Below are positions 30,393-39,768 of a DNA stretch of 64,000 nt, in pieces. The notes under the pieces are model-generated. The model searched no databases, was not told where the DNA came from, and saw only the letters and a program-made list of their open reading frames with translations. Location of the stretch: NCBI GenBank assembly GCA_963762255.1, contig CAVXKA010000002.1:192001-256000 (forward strand), given 5' to 3'. The DNA is from Candidatus Eiseniibacteriota bacterium. GTDB taxonomy: Bacteria > Eisenbacteria > RBG-16-71-46 > JABDJR01. The translations under genes were made by a program, and so were the position numbers. Positions within the stretch are counted from its first letter, which is position 1. Each line of letters starts with the position of its first letter.

Positions 30393-32233
30393 CCGTTAGT
30401 CTCCATCGTTTCCATGGGATCGAGCGGCAATTTGACCGTAAATACGGCGCCGCCTCCGTGAGCCGTGGCGGCATGAAGTTCGCCGCCGTGGCGCTCCACA
30501 ATGCCGTGGCTCACATACAGTCCGAGTCCGGTTCCGTTGGCCTTGCCCTTGGTGTAGAACGGTTCGAAGATGTGCGGCAGGTCGTCCGCTCCGATTCCAG
30601 GCCCGGTGTCGAGCACCTGGAACACCATCTTCGGGGGCTCTTCGGCCGGCGCTGCGTAGGCCACGACCCTTACTTCCCCTCCCGTCGGGGTGGCCTCCAC
30701 AGCGTTCTTGAGCAGGTTGAGAAGCACCTGTTGAATCTGATCGGGGTCCACCGGAACCGGAGGCAGACCCTCGGGCATGTCGATCGCGATCTCCACCCCG
30801 CGCTCCGCCGGGAGCGTTCCGAGGGAGCGCAGCGCCCGGCGCAGCATCATGACCGGAAGCTCCGGGCTCTTGCGCAGCGGATGCGGGTGGGTGACGCGGA
30901 AGAGATCCTCGACGATGCGGTCGAGGCGTGAAATCTCGCGCTGGATGAACTCGATGTTCTCGTGCTGGGAGGGATCGTCGGAGAGGTGGCGCTCCAGGTA
31001 CTGAACGCCGGTCCCGATCCCGGTCAGGGGATTGCGGATCTCATGGGCGATGCCGGCGGTGAAGCGGCCGAGCGCGGCCAGGCGATCCAGCGCGCGGATC
31101 CGCTCCTCCATCTCCTTGATCTCGGTGAGGTCGTCGAATACCGCCACCGCGCCGTACACCTCACCCATCGGGTTGCGCAGAAGCGTTGTCGTGCAGGCCG
31201 CCGGGAACGCGGTGCCGTCGGATCGGCGGATCGCGCGCTCCACGCGCCGGATGCCCCGCCGCGTGCGCAGGGTCTTGCGCAGAAGATCGGTGATCGAGCC
31301 GCCGGGCGGATCGAGGCAGGTCGTCTCGGCGCCCCGCAGCTCCGCGAGCGTGTAGCCCGTGAGACGTTCCGCCGCGGCGTTGAGCGTCAGGACCTGCCCG
31401 GAGAGATCGACGGCGACCAGCCCCGAGACCATGCTGCGCATGATGTCCTTGCGGAACGCCTCTTCGCGCCGGATGTCCTCTTCGAGGAGGACGTTTTCCA
31501 TCGCGGTTCCCACCGCCTCCACCACCGACTCGAGAATGCCGCTCTCCAAACCTCCCAGAACGTCGTTGCCCTTGCTGCGTCCCACGACCAGCACACCCAC
31601 GACCTTGCGGAGCTTCTGCCCGCGCCCGCTCAACGGGTAGATGACGTACGGGCCGAGTTCGTCGGCGGAGAAGGGGCGCAGCTCCTGGGGCAGATCCTCG
31701 TCGGAGAGGAACGGCAGATCGCGCCGCGCGTGCACCGCTCGGATCGCGCTTCCCCCGTCCAGCGCCCGCCGCAGAGCGCCGTCCCAGGAACCCTGGAGCA
31801 CGAAGGGGCGACAATGGCTGCCGCCGTTGCGCACCGCGATCCAGCCTTCGAGCTGCTCGCGCGAGCGATCGAAGACGCCCACGAGCACGCGCTCGTGATC
31901 GAAAGCCTTGTGAAGGTAGAGGGTGACCGTCTCCGCGACTTCTTCCGGGGTGCGCAAGCTCAAGAGACGCGCCACCAACTCGCGCAGCGAGAGGAGCTGG
32001 ATCGAGGTCTCGATCACGCGCCGCTGCGTCGATTCAAGAATGTCGGTGAGCGCTCGCGACAGGGCGAGCAGCGCCTCTTCGCTGTCGAGAGGCGGTGACT
32101 CCACGGTCGCGGGGAGTATGCCGAGACCCCTCAAATCGTCGAGGCGCTCGGCGAGCGTGCGCCGGACGTCATCGAGATCGAGGCCGGTCTCCGGCATGCG
32201 GAAAAGCGGGTTCTCCAAGGGAATCCTCCTCAT
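30389..32233 (-). CDS. PAS/GAF sensor histidine kinase (NtrB/PilS-like)
   Basis: AHEIRNPL, NLLKNA, DTGPGI, FEPFYT and GTGLGL; translationally coupled to the regulator. Confidence 0.9.
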   Translation of the reverse strand: MRRIPLENPLFRMPETGLDLDDVRRTLAERLDDLRGLGILPATVESPPLDSEEALLALSRALTDILESTQRRVIETSIQLLSLRELVARLLSLRTPEEVAETVTLYLHKAFDHERVLVGVFDRSREQLEGWIAVRNGGSHCRPFVLQGSWDGALRRALDGGSAIRAVHARRDLPFLSDEDLPQELRPFSADELGPYVIYPLSGRGQKLRKVVGVLVVGRSKGNDVLGGLESGILESVVEAVGTAMENVLLEEDIRREEAFRKDIMRSMVSGLVAVDLSGQVLTLNAAAERLTGYTLAELRGAETTCLDPPGGSITDLLRKTLRTRRGIRRVERAIRRSDGTAFPAACTTTLLRNPMGEVYGAVAVFDDLTEIKEMEERIRALDRLAALGRFTAGIAHEIRNPLTGIGTGVQYLERHLSDDPSQHENIEFIQREISRLDRIVEDLFRVTHPHPLRKSPELPVMMLRRALRSLGTLPAERGVEIAIDMPEGLPPVPVDPDQIQQVLLNLLKNAVEATPTGGEVRVVAYAAPAEEPPKMVFQVLDTGPGIGADDLPHIFEPFYTKGKANGTGLGLYVSHGIVERHGGELHAATAHGGGAVFTVKLPLDPMETMETNG

Positions 32234-32335
32234 GACTGTTTTCGTCCGGGAGGGGCCTGGAATTGAGGGAAAAGCGCCCGGGAGGGCGAATAAACCCAAC
32301 GTGGCGCGCAGGCTGCGCCACGACCGCAGGAGGGG

Positions 32336-33388
32336 TCAGACGAAGAGTTTCCGGTTTTCCTCAACCCAGGCGATGAGCCGGTCCACCCCGCTCCTCGGGG
32401 TCACCTCGGGGGCCCAGCGCAGGTCGCGGCAGGCCTTGGAGATGTCCGAGATGTACACCTTCTGGTCGCTCGGGCGCCAGTCGGCGAAGGACACCGGGAC
32501 CTTCCTGCCGAGGTGCCCGCCCAACTGCTCCAGGAGTTCGAGCAGCGACAGGGTGTTCTCGGGGCCGCCCCCCATGTTGTAGACCCCGTAGGGATGGTCC
32601 GACCCCAGGAAGGCGCGGTAGGCGGCCACGAGATCGTCCACCCAGAGGAGATCGCGCACCTGCTTGCCGTCGCCGTAGATGGTGAGGGGCTTCCCGGTGA
32701 GCGCGGCGATGGTGAACCAGGCCACCCACCCCTGGTCTTCCATGCCGAACTGGCGGGTGCCGTAGATGCAGGACATGCGGAACACCCCCGTCTTGATCCC
32801 GTAGAGTCGGGCGTAGTCCTGCATGTAGAGATCCCCGGTCAGCTTGGAGCAGCCGTACGGCGTATGCTCGCAGAGATCCACGGAGAACGTCTCGCCGATC
32901 CCGCGTGCGTGCTCCCCCGCGAACGCCCAGCGCGTCGCCTCTTCCGAGAGCGGCACCGCGTTGACGTTCTCGCCGTAGACCTTGTTCGTGGAACAGAAGA
33001 CGACCGCCGGCTTCCGCGTTTGCGCGCGCGCAGCCTCCAGCACGTTGAACGCGCCGATCACGTTGTTCTCGAAGTCCGCGCGCGGATCGGTCACGGAGGT
33101 CGTGACCGCCGTCTGCGCGGCGGCATGGAGGATGACCGAGGCTCCCTCGGCGGCGTGGCGGGCGGTGTCCGCATCGCGCACGTCTCCCTCGATCAGCGTG
33201 ATGTTGGGGAGCGCGCCGAGGTGGTTCCAGTTGAAACGGGCGTTGCGGTCGTCCTTCTTCAGGAGCTTCGCCCGACTGAGGTTGTCGAGGACGGTGACCG
33301 GATGGCCGTCACGGGCGAAGATCTCCGCCGCGTGCGACCCGATGAACCCCGCTCCTCCCGTGACCAGCACCTTGCCGCGATCCGCCAT
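32336..33388 (-). CDS. NAD-dependent epimerase, CDP-paratose 2-epimerase (RfbE)-like
   Basis: TGGAGFIG, AAQTAVTTS, STNKVYG, YGCSK, FRMSCIYG and EDQGWVAWF. Confidence 0.85.
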   Translation of the reverse strand: MADRGKVLVTGGAGFIGSHAAEIFARDGHPVTVLDNLSRAKLLKKDDRNARFNWNHLGALPNITLIEGDVRDADTARHAAEGASVILHAAAQTAVTTSVTDPRADFENNVIGAFNVLEAARAQTRKPAVVFCSTNKVYGENVNAVPLSEEATRWAFAGEHARGIGETFSVDLCEHTPYGCSKLTGDLYMQDYARLYGIKTGVFRMSCIYGTRQFGMEDQGWVAWFTIAALTGKPLTIYGDGKQVRDLLWVDDLVAAYRAFLGSDHPYGVYNMGGGPENTLSLLELLEQLGGHLGRKVPVSFADWRPSDQKVYISDISKACRDLRWAPEVTPRSGVDRLIAWVEENRKLFV

Positions 33389-33454
33389 CGTCGTCTCCTC
33401 CGCCGGAAAAAGTCCGCACAGCGGTCCGCCCTGCCTCGCGCGGCGGGACCTCCC

Positions 33455-34417
<963 letters not shown>

Positions 34418-34420
34418 CGA

Positions 34421-35713
34421 CTAGAGCCTCCGGATGTTGGCTGACTTCCGTCCCTTGAGCGCATTGCGGCTGTCGAAGATGAGCGGCGCCAGCTCGACGA
34501 TGCGATCGTACGGGAAGATCTTGTGCGGGGTGATGATCACCACGCAGTCGCAGTTGCGCAACCGCTCGTCGGTGAGTTCCACCGACTTGAGCGGGATCCC
34601 CTCATGGGTCAGATCGGGGATGAAGGGGTCGTGATACTCCACCGTCCCCTGCAGCACCCGCAGCCCCTTGATCACATCCAGCGCGGGCGATTCCCGCACG
34701 TCGTCGATGTCCGCCTTGTAGGCCGCGCCGAGAACGAGGATCTTCGAACCCTTTACCGGCTTGGCGTGCTCGTTCAGGGCCTCCCCCACCTTCGCTACCA
34801 CGTGCTCGGGCATGAGCAGGTTGACCTGGCCGGCCAGCTCGATGAACCGCGCCTCGAAGTTGGCCTCCTTCGCCTTCCACGAGAGGTAGAAGGGGTCGAT
34901 CGGGATGCAGTGGCCGCCGAGTCCGGGGCCAGGATAGAAGGGCATGAAGCCGAAGGGCTTGGTGGCGGCGGCGTCGATCACCTCCCACACGTCGATCTTC
35001 ATGCGATCGCACATGAGGGCCAGCTCGTTGACGAGCCCGATGTTCACGCTGCGGAAGGTGTTCTCCAGAAGCTTCACCATCTCGGCCACGCGCGTCGAGG
35101 ACACCGGAATCACCGTCTCCAGCGTCTTCGAGTAGAGCGCCATCGCCACGTCGGTGCAGGCCGGCGTCACGCCGCCCACGACCTTGGGGATGTTCTTGGT
35201 CTGAAAGTTCGGGTTGCCGGGATCGACCCGCTCCGGGGAGAAGCCGAGATAGAAGTCCTTCCCCACCTTGAGCCCGCCCGCCTCCAACATGGGCAGGATG
35301 AGTTCCTCGGTCGTGCCGGGGTAGGTCGTGCTCTCCAGCACGATCAGCATGTCCTTGTGGAGGTACTTCACGATCTGCTCGACCGCGGAGATGATGTAGG
35401 AGACATCGGGGTCGCGCGTCTTGCGCAGCGGGGTGGGCACGCAGATGTCCACGGTGTCCACGTCCTTGAGCCGAGCAAAATCGGTGGTGGCCGTGAGGAG
35501 CCCCGCGGAGACCACCTTGCTCAGCGCCTCCGAGGAGACGTCCTTTACGTGGGAGCGTCCCGCGTTCACCCCGTCAACCTTCTCCCGCACAAGATCGAAT
35601 CCGGTGACCCGGAACCCGGCCTCGGCGAACTCCACTGCCAGCGGGAGCCCCACATACCCGAGGCCGATGACCCCGAGGTGAGCGCTCTTATCGTTCAGCT
35701 TCTGCTTCAACAA
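34421..35713 (-). CDS. UDP-N-acetyl-D-glucosamine/mannosamine 6-dehydrogenase (WbpA/WecC family)
   Basis: GLGYVGLP, CVPTP, ESTTYPGTT, SPERVDPG, GGHCIPIDP and DVRESP; TTG start after AAGGAG. Confidence 0.92.
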   Translation of the reverse strand: MLKQKLNDKSAHLGVIGLGYVGLPLAVEFAEAGFRVTGFDLVREKVDGVNAGRSHVKDVSSEALSKVVSAGLLTATTDFARLKDVDTVDICVPTPLRKTRDPDVSYIISAVEQIVKYLHKDMLIVLESTTYPGTTEELILPMLEAGGLKVGKDFYLGFSPERVDPGNPNFQTKNIPKVVGGVTPACTDVAMALYSKTLETVIPVSSTRVAEMVKLLENTFRSVNIGLVNELALMCDRMKIDVWEVIDAAATKPFGFMPFYPGPGLGGHCIPIDPFYLSWKAKEANFEARFIELAGQVNLLMPEHVVAKVGEALNEHAKPVKGSKILVLGAAYKADIDDVRESPALDVIKGLRVLQGTVEYHDPFIPDLTHEGIPLKSVELTDERLRNCDCVVIITPHKIFPYDRIVELAPLIFDSRNALKGRKSANIRRL

Positions 35714-35755
35714 GGTGTTTCTCCTTGAATGCGGACATGGGAAAACCGGCGCCAA

Positions 35756-35784
35756 AGTCTACTCTGACCGTCAGTCACGGTCAA
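35756..35784 (-). promoter_or_regulatory. sigma70-type promoter of the nucleotide-sugar operon with overlapping operator-like palindrome
   Basis: TTGACC-N17-TAGACT on minus strand; perfect inverted repeat TGACCGT-N5-ACGGTCA at 35765-35783. Confidence 0.6.
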
Positions 35785-35878
35785 AGCATGCACGCTCTGG
35801 TTTCGGCAGGCCGGGGAAAGCCGCTTAGCGCGAAACGCCCCCCGGAGCGTGGAGCGGCGATGGCCGGCCTTGGGAGCC

Positions 35879-36598
35879 TCACCCGAGGCGGCTCAAGAGG
35901 GCGGCGGCAAGCCCCCCCACCAATGTGTTCGTGGCGTTGAGCCACGTGTGCGGGAGAAGCCTGCGCGAACCGAGGACTCCTTCGTAGAGGTTCCCTACCC
36001 AGGCGGCTAGCGCAACGGCGAGGACCTGCCCCGCGGAGGAAAGTAGACCGACCCACCAACCCAGCCCCCCCAGAAGGAGCGCGACCAGGAGACCGGCCAA
36101 GGTTCCTTCCGCGGAGACGGCGCCCTCGGTGCCGGGGGGCACACTGCGCAACGTCTTGAGCGAAATCGTGCGCTTTCCCCACAGGGGCCCGACTTCCGAA
36201 CCCGCGGTGTCCATCGACGCGGTGGCGAGCGCGCCGACGAAACACGCGTTCCAGAGCGGGGCGCCCGTCGCCCACGCGGCAACAGCGGCCAGCGCGGCCA
36301 CCCCGGAGTTCGCGAACGCGTGGCTCGCACCGCGCGCGCCCTTCTTCGCCTCCGCGACCCCCATCGCTTCCTTGCGCGCGTAGCCGAGGCGGGTCAAGGC
36401 GGTCCCGATCCCGAACATGCCGGCGAGCACGAGGAAACCGCGCCATCCCAGACAGAGATAGATGGGGATCCCGACCACGAGCCCGCCTATGAATCCCGAC
36501 GCGCTCACGGCCCGCGCCGCGAGAGCGGCCACCGCGAGGACGATGTTGATCGCGAGTCCCGGCACGAGGTTCCCGCGCAGCGCGCTCCAGTCCATCAT
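35879..36598 (-). CDS. DUF92 (COG1836/TMEM19/VTE6-like) membrane protein
   Basis: TRLGYARK...GARGASHAFAN, DTAGSEVG and VPPGTEGAVSAEGT motifs; multiple TM helices. Confidence 0.88.
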   Translation of the reverse strand: MMDWSALRGNLVPGLAINIVLAVAALAARAVSASGFIGGLVVGIPIYLCLGWRGFLVLAGMFGIGTALTRLGYARKEAMGVAEAKKGARGASHAFANSGVAALAAVAAWATGAPLWNACFVGALATASMDTAGSEVGPLWGKRTISLKTLRSVPPGTEGAVSAEGTLAGLLVALLLGGLGWWVGLLSSAGQVLAVALAAWVGNLYEGVLGSRRLLPHTWLNATNTLVGGLAAALLSRLG

Positions 36599-37614
36599 TG
36601 CTGCTCCTCCCGTGCCCATACCTCGTCACGCAGCCATGCCACGGTGGACTCGAGCGCCTCCTGCACGCTCCCCGGCTCGTAACCCAGCTCACGCCGCGCG
36701 CGCTCGCAGGAGAAGGCCCAATTGCAGTCGTAGAGCAGCACCTCGCCCCGGGTGAGGAACGGAGGCGTGCCGCGCAGCGCCGACCACCACTCGCTGACTT
36801 GCGCGACCGTCAAGGGGAGGACGCGCCCCAGGCGCCGGGTCGGCGCTTTGACCCCGAAGGCGCGCGCAGCGCGCTCGACCAGCTCGCGCTGACTCCAGTT
36901 CTCGCCTGCCAGAATGTAGTTCGTCCCCGGCGTGCCCCGCTCCAGCGCCTGCACGAAACCGCGCGCGACGGCGTCCACGCGGGCGAGGTTCCAGACCTGA
37001 CGGCCGTTGCCGACGAGTCCTGCGAAGCGCTTGCGTCCCACATCGGCGAGCACCCGCGCGGTGTGGTTTCCCTGCGTCATCGCGCCCGGGCCGATGAGCA
37101 CGGTGGGAAAGAGAAGGATTGCGGGAGACCCGCGCCGCTGCCGGTCGCGCACCTTGCGGGCCACGATCGCCTTCGTACGAATGTAGTCGTTGGCGCGACT
37201 CCACGGGCCCGGCTCCTCTTCGAGCGCGCTCTCGTCTTTCTGCGTGCCGGGCGCCGAGGGCCCCAGCGCGAAGAGCGAGCTGGTCACGATCCGCCGCTCC
37301 ACCCCGGCCAGCTTTGTGCGATCGAGAAGATCGAGGGTGGCGGTGATGTTGGCGCGTTCGAACTCCTCCGGAGCGGGCCCCCACGATTCCACCATCGCCG
37401 CCGTGTGCACCAGCGCGTCGGCCTCGGCGAGTCGGTCGCCCCACGTCGCTGGATCCAGAAGATCTCCGACCACCGGCGTAGCTCCGCATCCCACCAGCGA
37501 TGCGCACCGCTCCAGGGATCGGGTCAAGGCGAGCACTTCGTGGCCCGCGCCGAGGAGCGCGCGCGCGACATGGCCGCCCAGATAACCGGTGCCGCCGGTG
37601 AGAAAGACCTTCAC
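36595..37614 (-). CDS. Extended SDR of the dihydroflavonol-reductase/HpnA/farnesol-dehydrogenase-like group
   Basis: TGGTGYLG, HTAAMV, TSSLFALGP, NDYIRTK, IGPGAMTQGN and ARRELGY. Confidence 0.8.
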   Translation of the reverse strand: MKVFLTGGTGYLGGHVARALLGAGHEVLALTRSLERCASLVGCGATPVVGDLLDPATWGDRLAEADALVHTAAMVESWGPAPEEFERANITATLDLLDRTKLAGVERRIVTSSLFALGPSAPGTQKDESALEEEPGPWSRANDYIRTKAIVARKVRDRQRRGSPAILLFPTVLIGPGAMTQGNHTARVLADVGRKRFAGLVGNGRQVWNLARVDAVARGFVQALERGTPGTNYILAGENWSQRELVERAARAFGVKAPTRRLGRVLPLTVAQVSEWWSALRGTPPFLTRGEVLLYDCNWAFSCERARRELGYEPGSVQEALESTVAWLRDEVWAREEQQ

Positions 37615-38290
37615 CGCACGAGGCCCTGCAGAGCCCAGAAGGCCAGCGCCCCCGCTGCGGGGACGGTGAGGTTGTCCTTGCCCCGGCCCGCAGGGGCCTC
37701 GGCGAGGGTCGCCGCGACCGCCGCTCCCAGCGCGGGAACGAACGCGGGCCGGTCCACGAGCGGAAGCGTTCCGATCAGGATCCCCGCGAACGAGAACGCG
37801 AACATGGCCGCCGTCCCCTCCCACGACTTCTTCCCGCCGCCGATCGAGTAGGTGTGCCGCCCGTAACGCCGGCCAAGCACCGACGCCGCGGCGTCGCCCA
37901 GTCCCATCGCATAGAGTCCCGCCACGCTGGCCGCGCGCGCGCCGAACGGCCAGAGGATGAGGATCAGCGCGGCAAAGGAGAGGGGGAAGTAAATCGTGCC
38001 GGGCGTCCCCTCCCCATCCTCCTCGATCACCTTCATCAGGCGGAAGCGGTAGGAGATCGCGTTCAGCACGACGAAGACAAGAGGGGCGAGCGCCGCCCAC
38101 CAGGGCGAACGGAAATAGAGCGCGGTGGGAAGGGCCCAAAGGGCCACGCCGACGTGGATCACCTTGCGGGTCACGTTGGGGGAAGCTTGGCGACTCGGCG
38201 CGTCCCCTCCCCCACCACGATGACGGCGAAGATCCACAGGAACGAAAGCGCCACCAGGCCGGGGTCGCTGCTTACAAACCACGAAATCAT
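37611..38290 (-). CDS. Phytol/farnesol/dolichol kinase-like membrane protein (CTP-dependent), apparent -1 frameshift in the G5 run near 38180
   Basis: TRKVIHV, GTIYF, GDAAASVLG, KKSWEGT, LAEA and DNLTVP motifs; first TM helix is in the adjacent frame. Confidence 0.85.
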
Positions 38291-38338
38291 GACGGGGGAT
38301 TAGAACACAGCGGGCCTGCGGCGGCCAGTGGCGCCGAG

Positions 38339-39376
38339 CTAGGCGGCTTCGCTGAGACGGTTGGGAAGCGCCGGGAGTTCGGCGGTGACCACGCAGTTGC
38401 GGCCCTGCCGCTTGGCCCGGAAGAGCGCTTCATCCGCCGCGGCCAACAGCGACTCCATCGTCGCGCCGTTCTGCGGGAAGCTCGCCACCCCCATGCTCAC
38501 CGTGATCACGCCCGGCTCGCAATGCGGGAAGTTGGCGCTCGCCACCGAGGCGCAGGTGCGTTGCCCCATGCTCACCGCGCCGTCCATCCGGGTCTGCGGC
38601 AGGATGACCAGGAACTCGTCCCCACCGTACTTGGCCACCAGATCGATGGCGCGCGAGTTGCGCGCGAGAATCCCCGCGAGCTGGCGGAGAAGCTCGCTCC
38701 CTCCCAGGTGGCCGTGCTGCTCGTTGTACTTCTTGAGATGATCGACGTCGATCATGATGATCGAGAACGTCTGGCCGTAGCGAGACGCGCGCGCCACTTC
38801 GCGGCGCAACGCCGTCTTGAGGAACCGATAGTTGTAGAGGCGGGTCAACTCGTCGGTGATCGCGAGCGACTCCACTTCCTGGAACGCACGGAGGTTCCCG
38901 ATCGCGCCCGCGCAGTGCTTGGCGACGAAATGCAGGATCTCCTTCTCTTCGTCGGTGAACTGCCGATCGCCGGTGTCCACCACCACGAGGATCCCGGCGG
39001 GTCGATCGGGGAGTGGAATCGGCGTGCCCAACCATGACTTCGCGCCCACCACGCCCATGAAGTCCTGGATCGACGGGGCATCCCCGTCGCCCGGACGCCA
39101 GACATGCGCGGACTCGTCCTGTAGCACGGCGCGACCGAGACGGCCCGGACCTTCCCACGGCTCCGTGCGCACGAGCAGCGCACCTTCCTCGGCGAACGAC
39201 ACCAGGCTCGATCCGTCCACGGCCGCGGCGGCGTAGCCCAACGGAGTCCCGAGCGCTTCACGGGCAAGCGCCGCCGAGCGCGCCAGAATGCCCGCGAGGT
39301 CGCGCCGACCCTCATCGAGGTCGGAGACTTCTCGAAGCTTCTGGCAGAGGAGGCGATAGCCGTTGTTGTGTGTCAT
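38339..39376 (-). CDS. GAF-GGDEF diguanylate cyclase
   Basis: DELTRLYN, DVDHLKKYN, RAID I-site, KYGGDEF and ADEALFRAK. Confidence 0.92.
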   Translation of the reverse strand: MTHNNGYRLLCQKLREVSDLDEGRRDLAGILARSAALAREALGTPLGYAAAAVDGSSLVSFAEEGALLVRTEPWEGPGRLGRAVLQDESAHVWRPGDGDAPSIQDFMGVVGAKSWLGTPIPLPDRPAGILVVVDTGDRQFTDEEKEILHFVAKHCAGAIGNLRAFQEVESLAITDELTRLYNYRFLKTALRREVARASRYGQTFSIIMIDVDHLKKYNEQHGHLGGSELLRQLAGILARNSRAIDLVAKYGGDEFLVILPQTRMDGAVSMGQRTCASVASANFPHCEPGVITVSMGVASFPQNGATMESLLAAADEALFRAKRQGRNCVVTAELPALPNRLSEAA

Positions 39377-39477
39377 GGATGGTCCTCAACCGGGGCGCCC
39401 CTTTGGCCCGTCCAGGGATGTATCGGCAGGGAGGGTGGAAGAGCCCAGATAAAAACGATTCGCCCCCGAAGGTGGGG

Positions 39478-39768
39478 CTAATCCCCGCGAGGACCGGGGG
39501 ATGGCACGACGAGGGACCTGCGGAGGTAGCGTCCCCCCTGGAAGAGGAGGAAGGCCCCGATGATGAGGGGCCCGGCCGTGAAGACCACGGGGAACCAGGC
39601 CGGGACGGCGGCGCCGTCGCGCTCCAGGCGCTCCATCACCCGCTGGACCGGGCCCAGCCGGAAGTATGCGATGAGCCCCGCGGTGGCCAGGTAGAGCAGG
39701 GCTAGGACCGCGTTCAGCCCCCTGACAAATCGGACCCCGGCGGGGACGGTTCGGCCGCGGCCGATCAT
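39478..39768 (-). CDS. Small two-TM membrane protein
   Basis: Two hydrophobic helices; ATG overlaps the peptidase stop. Confidence 0.55.
   Translation of the reverse strand: MIGRGRTVPAGVRFVRGLNAVLALLYLATAGLIAYFRLGPVQRVMERLERDGAAVPAWFPVVFTAGPLIIGAFLLFQGGRYLRRSLVVPSPGPRGD

Noticed and set aside
35879-38290. Hopanoid (hpnA) cluster
   Set aside because: No shc or hpnB-H genes are nearby; the flanking genes point to prenol phosphorylation instead
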